The translations under genes and the position numbers were made by a program. The notes under the pieces were generated by a model, which ran no database searches, had not been told where the DNA came from, and saw nothing but the letters and a program-made list of their open reading frames with translations. DNA of 64,000 nt from Marsupella aquatica. Taxonomy: Eukaryota; Plantae; Marchantiophyta. Below, one piece after another: positions 46,580 through 58,210 of this stretch. Positions within the stretch are counted from its first letter, which is position 1; every line of letters starts with the position of its first letter. The stretch spans positions 992,860 through 1,056,859 of the forward strand of contig OZ316893.1 of assembly GCA_973895155.1 (NCBI GenBank), given 5' to 3'.

Positions 46580-47626
46580 TGAAAAATGCCTCACAAACGT
46601 TTAGATGACACGTGGCAGCCTAGTATACAAGAACGCCTATATAGCTAGACCACACCACGGAGCGAGGCTACAGAGCAAGGAAAAAAATCTACTATGAGCA
46701 AGGCAAAATCAACAGAGCGAGGCAAGAAAATCTACTATGAGCGAGGCAAGAGGGAGGAGGGAAACCAGGGCAGCCGGGCAAGAAGACAATGAAGGAGGAG
46801 ATGGATGCAAGAAGACAATGAGGCAAATGAGGTAATGTCTTTGCCTTTTGCCTTCCTATACCCTCACTGCCACGGCCGATCCTACGCCACGGCCGATCGT
46901 ACGCGACCTTACGCAACCCAGCCACTTGCTCCCTTCCACGCGCCTGTGAACTCGCAACCCTCATAATGACCTAGCTGTACGGGTATCCATAGATTTTGAA
47001 AAATGATGCACGGTCGTACGGGTGTCCACAGAATGCCGATCAGAGTAATCAGACTTTCGGCCTCTCGATGTTGTGAACCCCTTCAGGACAAACTTGGCTA
47101 AAGCTTGCTCACAAATGGTATAAAGCTCTATAGTTCCAATCATTTCTCTCTTTTGTATGGCGCGTGCGTTTCTGGTCATTGCTCACTCTCGGTCTCGCCC
47201 TTCGGCCCTTGTCTATCTTGCTTCTGTTCGGTGACTGATTCGACTGACTTGGACATTTATGGTTACAAGAGTTCGTGCAAGGAAAGTCCTGTTTCAAGTA
47301 CATATTGCATTAGTTTTGGTGTCCTTGGTTGGCGACACGTCTTCTATAGTCCTTAAGAGAGGTATTACTTCATCTACCATTCTCTTAATTTCTTCTCTAT
47401 GATATCCACCAAATATTTGGCCCTAGCTTTATCTTAATATATGGACCTAACTAAGCCCTAGATAATGTAGGGTTCCTAACGACACACTCGTCTACCCACA
47501 CGTCTACACACTTCAATGGTCTAATTCAGCTTAATCATTCCCCTGATTTATTCATTTCCATATTTTCTCTTTTCCTTCACAATTCTTGCTTCTCCAGGAT
47601 TGTGCTCGTCTTTTCTTGCTCTCCCG

Positions 47627-48056
47627 TTGCCTCGCTCCAAGAGCGTCATGCCCTTGCCTCGCTCCAAGAGCGTCACACACTTACCTTTCATCAGGAGCAT
47701 CCTGCCCTTTCTTTTCTCCAAGGGCATCCGCTCTCCATTTCCTCGCCATCAGAGCGTCCCACAACCGCCTCGCCCCTAGAGCGACCCTCCATCGCCTAGC
47801 CCCTAGAGTGGCCCTCATTCACCTTGCCCCTAGAGTGTCTCTCCATCGCCTCGCCCCTAGAGCGACCCTCATTCACCTTGCCCCTAGAGCGTCCCTCCAT
47901 CGCCTCGCCTCTAGAGCGACCCTCCATCTCCTCGCCCCTAGAGCGACCCTCCATCGCCTGCCCCTAGAGCGACCCTCCATCGCCTCGCCCCTAGAGCGTC
48001 CCTCAATCGCCTCGCCCCTAGAGCGTCGCAACCTTGCCTCGCTCCAAGAGCGTCCT
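47627..48056. repeat. ~27-bp tandem array (cgcctcgcccctagagcgaccctccat and variants)
   Basis: About 11 consecutive units at 47766-48030, plus CGCTCCAAGAGCG copies at ~47632, ~47660 and ~48040. Located upstream of the transposase ATG. Confidence 0.92.
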
Positions 48057-48234
48057 TGACCTTAGAATCCTGTTGTGTAAAGCCAATACACATAAACTCC
48101 CAAATATTTTTTTCCTTTAAATAGAATTCAAATGTTTAGATCTAATATTGTAATATCTAGAGTAGTGCTTATCAGTATGCACATCAGCTGAACAATTTTT
48201 AAATGTTTTTGGATGCAGAGATTCTTTCGCTACC

Positions 48235-51200
48235 ATGAGTAAATTTATGCGAGGGGATGAAGTTTCATTGATAATTGATGGTTTTGAAGTGGCAATTGGG
48301 ACCATCCAAAAGGTTGATCCCAAAGACACTATACACAATATTTGTCTTGGGAAAAATTGAATTGGGGTCCTTATCGAGAGGTGTCTTGAAACATCTTGTC
48401 CACTACCATTTCCATCCAAAACATCATCGAGCCTAGGTGATGCAGTTGACTCGTGTGTGATCTGGGATTCTTCCTTGGCATATTTGAGGTCTTCAACATT
48501 GCCGAAAAGAACCGCTGTGGATGGTGTTCCTACTCCAGTGGACGGGGATGAAGGATGTTTCGAAATGGATGTTGGTGGTAAAGGAGGCAACCTTGCTGAA
48601 GGAGAGGAGGTTGAGATGTTCATTTTAGATGAACTTGTATCAAAAGGAGTTGTCTTCAATACCAATCCAATGGACACTTGTCATAGTGAACGACTCGGTG
48701 TTGGTCGTGTCAGTATACAAATATCAGAGGTTGTTCAGGGAAATAGAAAACTACCATATCCGCATCTTGGAGCTGACACAGTGCAAGAGGCAATGCAGAC
48801 TTGGGTAATGTGGGATGTTGCTGATGTTTCAAGAAAAGGCTCTATTCGAGGTTCTGGCATGTTTGTTGGTGCAAACCCGGGTGCAAACCTGTTTAAGGAT
48901 CTTCCATTGAAAGATTTTACAATGCGTTCCAACTGGATGGCAGAGGAAGTTGACTTGTATGATGTTTCTCGTTGTCGTAAGGTTGCGACAGGAGTTATCA
49001 CAGTTCCTTTTGAAGCAGGTGCTGTTGATGATGAACTTCTTGGTCCAGAGCATGTGGGTGTAGCTGTTGTGAATATCAACGATCCCGCATTATTTCCAAA
49101 TATCCGTGCTGGTACTCCAGGTTTGGTGAGGTGGGAAATCAAATCTTTGTTGTTGATTTCATCTCAAATATTTCTCGGGGATATCCTTGAGAAAGGTTCA
49201 CATGTGTGGATAGAATCGGGTCGAAATGAGAGCGACCCGGATTTGGATGGTGATGGGAAACCTCCAAAAAGACCTTATAATTTCATTAGAAGGACCAAAG
49301 TGGATCTGGAGGAGAAAAAAAATAAAATTTGCAATCAAGGGCGCTTTTGAAAATCACCGAGGAGTCCATTGATTCCATCCAAAGAGAAGGTTGTTGCAGG
49401 TTAAAGTGTTGCTTGAACATGCCAAGAGAGGACTTGGAGGCAATGAGGAGGGAATTTCATGGAATGTCAAGTGACAACAAAACAAGTCATATCTTCAATC
49501 TTTTTGGGTGTAGAGAAGACCAAGTCAAGAGAAAAGGATTTTTTGTTCTAAAGGGACGTGTGGTTTGTAAGGATGCGTTCATAAAAATGCATGGGTTTAG
49601 TACGGCAAAGTATTATGATTACAAAAATCAGTACGAAGCTGGGTGCACAATTGGTTTCCATGGAAATCAAGGGCAACATAAGACACGATCAAGCACCTTG
49701 CATGCTCGTGCATTGTTGGAGTCCATTTTAATCCAAAATGGAGAACCAATGCCACATCTTCCCTATGGTGGGTCCAACGGCACCGATACTGTCAAATATC
49801 GACTCCCATCATGTTTCACTAAGAAGGAGATTTTTCAAGAGGTATTTGCAAAGATGGAATTGGACGGCTATGCTAAGGTTACTGAAGTTACCATGTACAA
49901 CATCTGGAAAAATTCTTTTGATAATTTTGACTTTCACAAGGGCAGTGCATTTGCCAAGTGCACATTTTGCACTGAGTTCAAAGATCAATTGATGCGGGAG
50001 AAGAGAAAAAAAGAGCGTGCAGAGATTGAAGAGAAAAGAGCACGACATCTTCGTGAACAAATGTCAAGGAGATATGTTTACTATGCTCATAGGGTTCTTG
50101 CAAAGAAGGATCCTCAAAACTATCTTTGCATTATTCATGATAAGATGGACCAAGCCAAGACTTGGATCCCCAGATTGGTCCCCACTCCAAAATCTCTCTC
50201 TGGTAGTGGTCAACCTCTGCCCATTGCCCTTACTGGGATGTTAACCCATGGAAGGGATCCAGGAGTGTATGCACACTTTAGTTTGACTGGCCTTTGGCCT
50301 GGAGATGCAGACTTCACTGTGACATCTTTGGCCAAATGCCTTCAAGATTTGGAGGATTACACTGGAGACAAAACGGGAGACATGCTTGAAGCTTTCAATT
50401 GGAACGCAACTAGGCCAATATTTCAGTCTCTTTTGGACTTTGAAGCATTTCAAGCGGGTTACTTGGAACCCAAAAATGTTTCAATTCTCAAGTTTCAAGG
50501 CCTTGATGACGGTCAGGAGAGCCAAAAAACCAGCACAACAGATGCTGGTTCTAGAGTTGATCCTGAGACTACGAGCTCTTTCAAGCCCTTACCAAGGCAC
50601 CTAACACTGCAGATGGACAATTCAGGAAAAGATAATAAAAATCAATATGTGATGGCATTTTGCAGCGAGCTTGTTAGCAGGGGGTGTTTGAAACTGTGCA
50701 AATGTCATTCCTCATAGTTGGCCACACCCATGAGGATGTGGATGCACTATTTCTCAAGTATCCAAACAGGTCAGGTACAAAGAGGTTGCTACCCTCCTTG
50801 CGTTGATGGCTGAGGTTTGGGAGTGTGAAAGCATCCATCCTGTACGTACCACGATTGATTCAGGAGGTTGCATCTTACAAGCACTATTTGAAGGCTTTCC
50901 AAGTGAAAGAGATTGAAGGTCACTCAAAACCAATGGCATTTCTATTCTCCATGAGGGATAATGTGCCAGTGTATCAATATAAAGCACATGTCAAACAACC
51001 TTGGCTTCCAGCAACAGGGAGGTCAATTTGGAGAACTGATCTCATCACAAACACGCTCATTTTACCGGAGGGCCAACCATTTGCAAAACCTATATCGGGG
51101 GAGGTACAAAAGAAAGTCGAGGAAATCATCCCATTCCTTAATCGTTACATTGATTTCTTGAGGAAAAGTTGCAAGGATGAGACCTCTACAGCATACCGCG

Positions 51201-52018
51201 AGAGATTTCCTTTGGTGAAATATTGGGAGAGGCTTGTTATGGCACTCTCTGAGGCACTTACAATAGAAGGGGAGGGAGAAAGACAATTGTCATTGACAAC
51301 TGATTTCTGGCCAAAGACTAACCATGGCACAGGTTACAAGGTGATTTTGGGGACCTCTCAACCTTCAAGTGAACCTACTCAAAATTCAGAGATGATGGAC
51401 CTTCAAAATGAGTACATGGAAGAGATGGAAGGTCAAGCTGCACCCTTCGTTGGTGCACAAGAAGAGCGAGAACTTGCACGTTGGATTTCCCTACAAGATA
51501 TTCAAGAGGGTCACTTTGTGTTTTTACGTCCAGAGGATGAATGGGAGCAAAAAAATGGCAAAGGGCGTTTCTGGTTAGTTCGAGCTTTGGGTGGTGTGGA
51601 TCCAAACCATGAGGTTTCTTCACTAGATTTGCAATTTAGTGAAGGGTCTTCTTCAAGGTTTTCTAAGAGCATTCACCTAAGTAGCATTCCTAAGTGGTAT
51701 GCTCCTATGTTCCAAGTGCAATGGTGGAGGCCTAAACATGGTAAGCATGATGCAAAGGATGATGTTCGATACGAACGTTGCTTTCAGACCACTAAGACTT
51801 GGGAGCTAGATCCTGGGTTTAACACTATCACTCAAAGTTGGCAATTTGCAAATTCTGCAATGTATGGATTTAAGTCAGGTGCCAAAGAACAAAATATTAT
51901 GGATAGAGGTTTGACAATTCCCAAGAATGTTTTGAAAACTCTCAAAACTTACATGGAAGGTATTGATGAGAGTGATAGAGTGGTCACAAGTGTCCACTAT
52001 GTAATGACTTGTAGGTAG
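48235..52018 (+). pseudogene. DDE transposase (Sola/DUF7869-like) with three N-terminal Tnp1/En-Spm-like domains; disrupted
   Basis: ATG 48235 is in frame with ORF 48457-49350, with a TGA at 48358. Cys clusters CCRLKCC, VCKDAF and KCTFC. Catalytic-type motifs IIHDKMDQ, LQMDNSGKDNKN and (frameshifted, ~50700-50750) SFLIVGHTHEDVDALF. Frameshifts at ~49330, ~50680, ~50752 and ~50845. Confidence 0.8.
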
Positions 52019-52697
52019 GAGGGTCAAGTTAATTTCCATGCATTTGTCTAAAGTAAGTGAGAGAACAAGGCTTGCAATCAAATACTCTATGATCTTTCTT
52101 AGTTATTGAATGGACTTTTTCATAAAAATTGTTATTTTTGTCTTAGTACATATATTTCTAGAAAATGATGGCAGTTCTAAGTTACTTGGATGTCATCCTA
52201 GTTTGAATATAAGATATTTAACTTGTCTAGCATTTCATTGTTGCTTAGATAATGATCCTATCCAAGCTAGATGCTTTGAGTATAGATGCTATCCAAGCTT
52301 ATGTGTTATTACACACGTTCTATCTATTTTCAACCAAATGAACACTTTTTATCACCCAAATGTTTTTTAATATTATCCAAATTAATATTTTCTTTGCCCA
52401 AATGTCTATTTTTTTGCCCCAAATTTATAATTCATGATGCTTAAATTTTCATTTTTCATCCTTCAAATTTACAATTCTTATGCCTAAAAGTGTGTTTTTA
52501 AATGCCCAAATTTCCAAATCTTCTTTATAATTCCACTTTTAATGAATATAGTGATAATTGGAAATGTAACTAAAACGGTTACATATAGTGATAGTTTTAA
52601 CCGTCTTGCTCTTTGCATTTCCAATGTTTTTACTTTTATTTTTATGGCACAGCGTCCCAAAGTTTACACCCAAATTGACACAAACACGAATATCAAT

Positions 52698-53028
52698 CTA
52701 TTCATTAAAAGTGAATTATTATTCAATTTGTGAACATTTGGGCAATAGAAAGTGTACATTTGGCTTTCAAAAAGTAAACATTTGGGCAAGAAATAAAGGT
52801 GATGGCCATCAGACATACCACCATGTTCATCTTTTATAAATGAACTAGGATGAGACTCCTTCTAGTAAAGATCATTTTTTCTCTCTCAAGTTTACAATTG
52901 ACTATTTAGGTGTAGAGTATTGTACTATAATATACCTTTTGGGGTTAAAAAGTGTACATTTAGAGACCAAAAAGTGTACATTTCAAGGCCTAAAAGTGAA
53001 CAAAATAAAATACACTTTTAATGAATAG
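52698..53028. mobile_element. MITE with 16-bp TIR CTATTCATTAAAAGTG (copy 1)
   Basis: Perfect inverted ends. A second homologous copy lies at 62932-63240. Confidence 0.8.
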
Positions 53029-53313
53029 GGTGATGAATGGAAACTATAAGTTTGATTCACAAAACCGCCGAGTCTTGTTTGTTGCGGTTGTTGTTGACGT
53101 GGCACGTTGTGGTGCCAGGAATTTTGGAAGGGACCTCTAGTGGGGTCCGTAAAAAAAATTGGAGGAAAAAGCAGAATTAATAACCCAAAGGAACAAGAGA
53201 ATTCCACTTTAGAAAATAAATAGCAAACTTAGGCCAAATAGTGCCCCCCCAACAAAAAAAAAGTCTCTAACTTACACGATGTACTTCTTATGTAGGGGCT
53301 CCAAGTATTGGTC

Positions 53314-53651
53314 TGTTAGATATTGCTCTAGTCTTGTGACTCATCATGAGCTAACCACAGTTATTCTAACTCGGGTTAGGACTTAGCTAATATTAGTGGT
53401 AGTGTTGTTGTGCATATAGCCAGGGCTGATGCTAGACCCTAGGTGGAACTTAGGCTCATTGTTACAGAGCTAGTTGAGAGCTTGTGTTGTGGATACTTGG
53501 TATGGCCGGTCGGCCTAGAGTGCAGTAAAGCTCTTGTGTGTTCCCGTGGACGTAGCCTCATGTGGAGGTGAATCACGTATCTCTCTGTGTCGACTCTTGT
53601 GCGTTGGATGGTTCATGGGCTTGCAGTTACGAATGTCGTCTATGCTCAACA
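53314..53651 (+). mobile_element. Copia solo LTR with 5-bp TSD TGGTC
   Basis: TGTT...AACA ends, TGGTC at 53309-53313 and 53652-53656, and a 3' half highly similar to LTR 2699-3043. Confidence 0.92.
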
Positions 53652-54257
53652 TGGTCATGGTAAAATGAAACTCAGCCCAATCCTAGATTACAACGAGGAT
53701 TACAATCTTGAAAAGCCAGCAAGTCATTTAGTGCATAATTATTGTCTTCAAAAGACAAATATATGAACCAAAAAGTCAGTGCCTGAATTTCAATTAAAGT
53801 TGAAGTGAATCGGTTGCACATGACTTTTTTGTATGAGCCAGTTGCATGTGACTTTTTGCATTTTACACTGTTAATTGTAATTAGTGTTATATAAGAATTA
53901 GCGTTAGTACCAAATTAGTGTTGCTAAAACTAATTTTGTTATATATAATTAAGTGATCTTGAGCCCAGAGTAACCTTAATTCTTCTTGGTTTTCAAAACA
54001 GGTTTTTTTTTCACTTTTGTTTGTGGGGGGGGAGGGTTGGGGGAGAGGCAGCCCAAGAGAAAGGGGGAGAGGAGGTCGCATTGTGTGAATGATTGCGCTT
54101 ACCTCGGTTGCCATCACCTATTAATCTTGCGTTCTCCATCTGTCATCATTTTTGCAACAAAATCTTTTTGACACGTATATCTTTTATGCAACATCTTATG
54201 TGCAAGGCATGAGTATATATTGAACACAACCACAACATGGTTGAGATCACACATAAC

Positions 54258-54922
54258 CCCTGGGCCCCCAACATTATTAATAATGGGCTGGACGTGCGAA
54301 CGGATGAAGGGTGCAAAAAATCTGATTTGAGATTAATTTTTATAATTGGCTTAGAAATATCAAGGGATGGTTTTATTCAAAGAACCTTTTCTAACTAATA
54401 TAGGCTTATATAAATGTCACCCAAGTTAATATGCTTCAAGAGGTGATGTAATATGGATGTGACACGCGTCACAATAGGATTGGTCCTTGTGGTCACTCTT
54501 TATTGGAACATGTGTATATGACATATAATTATGCTTGCAACATCTATGATTCAGAGTAGTTTAGGACTTTGGAGCTTTTGAACCCTGACTACCCTGCCAT
54601 GTGGTTCAAAAATGCCCCAAAGTTGAAGTTTGGGGTTAAAGGGTCACGAACACAAAAATGTATGTACCCAAAACCCTTCTAAAACACTCCCATCAGTTTT
54701 AGAACCGTTTGCACATGATAAATTTATAACTTTTCAAGGCTTTCATAAATGGTGTAAAATGTGAAATTATAATATCTCAAAGGGGCAGATTTATTCTCCA
54801 AAATTAAGTTTTTAAGAATAACAAGAGAAATTTTTATAGGCTTCCAAAAATAATAAGGGGTACTAGGGAGGGGGGTGTACGCACGTATACCTCTTTAGTT
54901 TACAAAGGCTGGGGGCCCAGGG
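54258..54922. mobile_element. Non-autonomous DNA transposon with 13-bp TIR (CCCTGGGCCCCCA) and 8-bp TSD CACATAAC
   Basis: TSD at 54250-54257 and 54923-54930; perfect TIRs. An 8-bp TSD suggests hAT (or MULE). Confidence 0.88.
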
Positions 54923-54959
54923 CACATAACATGTCTCAACAACTACATTGCAAAGCCTA

Positions 54960-55300
54960 TATTTTCTTGCCTTGTCTTGACATATTTTTCTCTCCTAAAC
55001 ACCTTTTCCTGGCCTTGACATAGTTTTCTCATCTCGCCATCTTTATCTCACCACAAGATCTTTTGTCACCCTTGACATCTAACATCTATTCCTCACCCCA
55101 ACATCTCTTTCTCATCTTGACATCCTTTTTTTCACCTTTAGTATACATCTTTTATCTCCTCGACATATTTTATTCACCTCAAGGTCTTTTTCTCATCTTG
55201 ACATTTTTTTTTCACCTTGACATATATTTTCTCATCTTGATATTTTTTCTCATCTTGCCATCTGTTTCTCACCTTTACTCATCTCAACTTGACATCTTTT
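54960..55300. repeat. Degenerate pyrimidine-rich ~20-bp tandem repeats (cttgacat..tttctcat)
   Basis: More than 10 diverged units. Confidence 0.6.
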
Positions 55301-56156
55301 GTGCTGCATGCATCAGGCTAGTGCTATATGAAAGAGTAACTTACAACAAACAAACAAAAAGTCACCAAGGTAGCCTTACGGTGGAAAACAAAATGAAGGA
55401 CAAAATAAACTTGTATGCCCATCAAGACAAAATTGTTTCTCCTCTTCTTTGTATTATTTTGGGACGCTCACTTTCTCTTTCAGGGATCCAAGAGTTTATG
55501 TCGTTGTAACGCACTAAATCATGAACGTAAGAGTTATACGTAATCATGAGCGTAAGAGTCTCGAGTCGAGACCTGGATTCATATTGACGAATATTCTTGG
55601 ACGTGAAGAAAAGTGTACAGGCGTACATGCACACATAATTGAAATTAATCGTAGAATCCATGCATGGCTTTACAAGCATTAATTTCCCTGACCTACTGTA
55701 GAGACTTAGTTTGGAGTTTGGAACGTGCTCGGTTCTATCAAACGACCTACCGTTGAGCGGCAGAAATTGCAGTCAGATTGATTCTTCCTCGTGTCATGAA
55801 AATAGATCGAGATGATTTCCACATTATACCATCCTATCAAGGGACTAGCGTAAGATTATTAAGATAACTAAGATTACCACGCAGAGACTTCACCGAGATG
55901 CGACTAGGTTCTGTTATGTACCATGGCAATGTCACCGCCCTGTCTAATTCTCGTTAGAGTTTCACGAAGAGCTTTGTGCACCCACGTACAGAAGCCAACT
56001 TCTGTTTAGATTTAAAAAAGTGCCCGTTTCAGACGAAACTTTGACAAGCCCTTTAAATCATAATTTTTTACAAAAGTTACTTGTACGTAGATACACTCAG
56101 TTAACATCACTGGCCATAATTGTGATTGTGCCAGGAGCTTCACGCTTATTGAGTGG

Positions 56157-57461
56157 CTACCTGGCAATGCTTTTCAACACCAATACTTCGACTGTCACAC
56201 CAGGCCCGAATGCCACACAAATTCCCCACTCAGCTCCTTGCCCAGATGTCGTCGAGTTGTTCTGAACAGACAGGTTCCGCACTTGGTCAAGCACAAACAG
56301 AACAGTGGCACCAGACATGTTACCATAGTTATAAAGCACATCCCTGGTGGCCTTCAGCTTCTCGGGCTTCAAACTTAGTGACTTCTCCATTTCATCGAGG
56401 ATGGCCCGACCTCCGGGGTGTACTGCCCAGAAGATGTCGTTCCAGCCAGGAGACCCGGTCATTTGAGATTGAGCAGCATTGAAGATGGGCAGCGTATTCT
56501 TTGAAATGATGCCGGGAACTTCCTTCACTAAATGATACATGAGGCCAGCTTCTGTGAGGCGCCCTTTGATTGCACCATCACTTTCGGGAAGGATAGTTTC
56601 TCCTGACCAGTGGATTTCGTAGAGTGGCCTCTCGACCTCGAGCGGGTCCGAGCCGATGACTAGTGCTGAGGATCCGTCGCCAAACGTTGCAGACCCAACC
56701 AAGTTGTCCACATGCTGCTCAGTAGGGGCCCTAAAGGTGAGACACGTCGTGAGTTCACTCACCACCGTCAGAACTCGTGCGCCCTTGTTATTCTCAGCCA
56801 AATCTTTAGCTACTCGCAGAACTGTGGCTCCTCCGAAGCACCCTTGCTGATACAGCATAGTTCGCTTGACATTGGGATTCAACCCAAGGAGTCTGGTGAG
56901 AGTGAGATCTGCTCCAGGCATGTTGACACCACTGGTAGCTGCCAATACAACGTGAGTAATCTGCTCTCTGGGTTGGCCCCATTCTTCGAGAGCCTCCTCC
57001 GCTGCCTTTGCTGCAAGCCTGGGTACCTCTTTAATGGCAATGTCCTGGCGAACGTCGAGGGTATCACAATTTAGAATCATTTCTCTCACCTCAATAGATA
57101 GAAGACTCAAAAACGTTGTTCGAGTGATTTCACACATTTGAAATCTAGGAGATAACAAAGATTGAAAATTAAGAGCCATGAAGTACACCTGGCGAACATC
57201 GAGAGAAGCATCCTTGTACGTACACATCGCTGGATTGGCCTTCAGCACCTCCTCGGTGCAATGAAAGTACCTCTGGTTGATCCCTGCGTTTTTGCAGATA
57301 CGGGCGAACTTCGCCTTGAGCGCAGTCTTCTCATTGCAATTCGTGATGTTGAAGAAGAAATCCGCGTACTCGCTCTGAGGATGAGCGGTGGGAGGAACAG
57401 CTTTGCCAATGGCGAACACGGTGGCCGGCCCTTCCGCTCTCTGATGCCGATACGCAGCCAT
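56157..57461 (-). CDS. Type III polyketide synthase, chalcone synthase family; 2 exons (57461-57189, 57044-56157)
   Basis: RAEGPATV, catalytic triad contexts MLYQQGCFGG / WAVHPGG / YGNMS, FGDG and AFGPG. A 144-bp GT-AG intron spans 57188-57045. Confidence 0.93.
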   Translation of the reverse strand: MAAYRHQRAEGPATVFAIGKAVPPTAHPQSEYADFFFNITNCNEKTALKAKFARICKNAGINQRYFHCTEEVLKANPAMCTYKDASLDVRQVYFMALNFQSLLSPRFQMCEITRTTFLSLLSIEVREMILNCDTLDVRQDIAIKEVPRLAAKAAEEALEEWGQPREQITHVVLAATSGVNMPGADLTLTRLLGLNPNVKRTMLYQQGCFGGATVLRVAKDLAENNKGARVLTVVSELTTCLTFRAPTEQHVDNLVGSATFGDGSSALVIGSDPLEVERPLYEIHWSGETILPESDGAIKGRLTEAGLMYHLVKEVPGIISKNTLPIFNAAQSQMTGSPGWNDIFWAVHPGGRAILDEMEKSLSLKPEKLKATRDVLYNYGNMSGATVLFVLDQVRNLSVQNNSTTSGQGAEWGICVAFGPGVTVEVLVLKSIAR

Positions 57462-58141
57462 TTCTCGATGAACAGACTGAAGTGTCAGCAATCGCTTCTG
57501 AGAATCTCAATGCAGTCCAGAGATTTGGCACTTCTAAGCTCTCTAGAAACGAAAATCGCGGATTCTACAATGGAGGTGATGGATCAGATACTTTGTGGAC
57601 GAGGAGGCTAATGATGGACTTGAAATTTGCCAAAAACCTTCAGCTGAGTAGAATGAAGCCCGGAGATAACTTTGGGTATACCCAAAGTAAACTTGAGTTG
57701 TGAACTATGGTCTAATCAAACTCTAGGTGAAAAAACTTTATAAGCATGGGTTAGCAGGTGAGTTTAGGCAAACTTTAAGTAAGTGCTGTAAGTTGAATAT
57801 TATTGACTGATTAAACAAACATCAGGCAAAATTGCCTTTCTATAATGCATACTCTGACTAACTGCACGAAGTGCATCCACTTCTTCCATTTTCGTGGAGT
57901 TTGCACTTTTCGTCTGTGCAAAAGGCCAAAAACTAAACAAGAACTATATAAGTGCAACCCTCCATAAGTTGCCACCACTTATTGGTAAGCGCACCATTCC
58001 ATCAACTATTTACACTTATTATTACTAACTAAGTGGCATTAAAAATTGCACATGGGGTAGGAGATCATGTTTACGGCGAATATATACAGTTTAGGGTGGG
58101 TTCCACTAGAATGTTCACTGTTAGCCGGGGCATTACACATG

Positions 58142-58210
58142 GAGACACTGTAGTTCTTATTAATAAATGCACAATTAGACACTGTAGTTCTTATTAATAA
58201 ATGCACAATT
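58142..58210. repeat. 35-bp tandem duplication
   Basis: gacactgtagttcttattaataaatgcacaatt x2. Confidence 0.75.

Larger units (their letters stand above)
39900..52610. mobile_element. Large decayed DNA transposon with divergent transposase and cargo fusion gene (termini approximate)
   Basis: Two head-to-head genes share a palindromic motif in their non-coding parts, and AT-rich flanks lie on both sides. I found no convincing TIR or TSD, so the ends are estimates. Confidence 0.7.

Noticed and set aside
39908-52611. Candidate GAG...CTC termini (GAGTTTCGGTTTAAC vs GAGCAAGACGGTTAAAAC) for the large transposon
   Set aside because: Only weak inverted similarity and no matching target-site duplication, so not accepted as defined ends.
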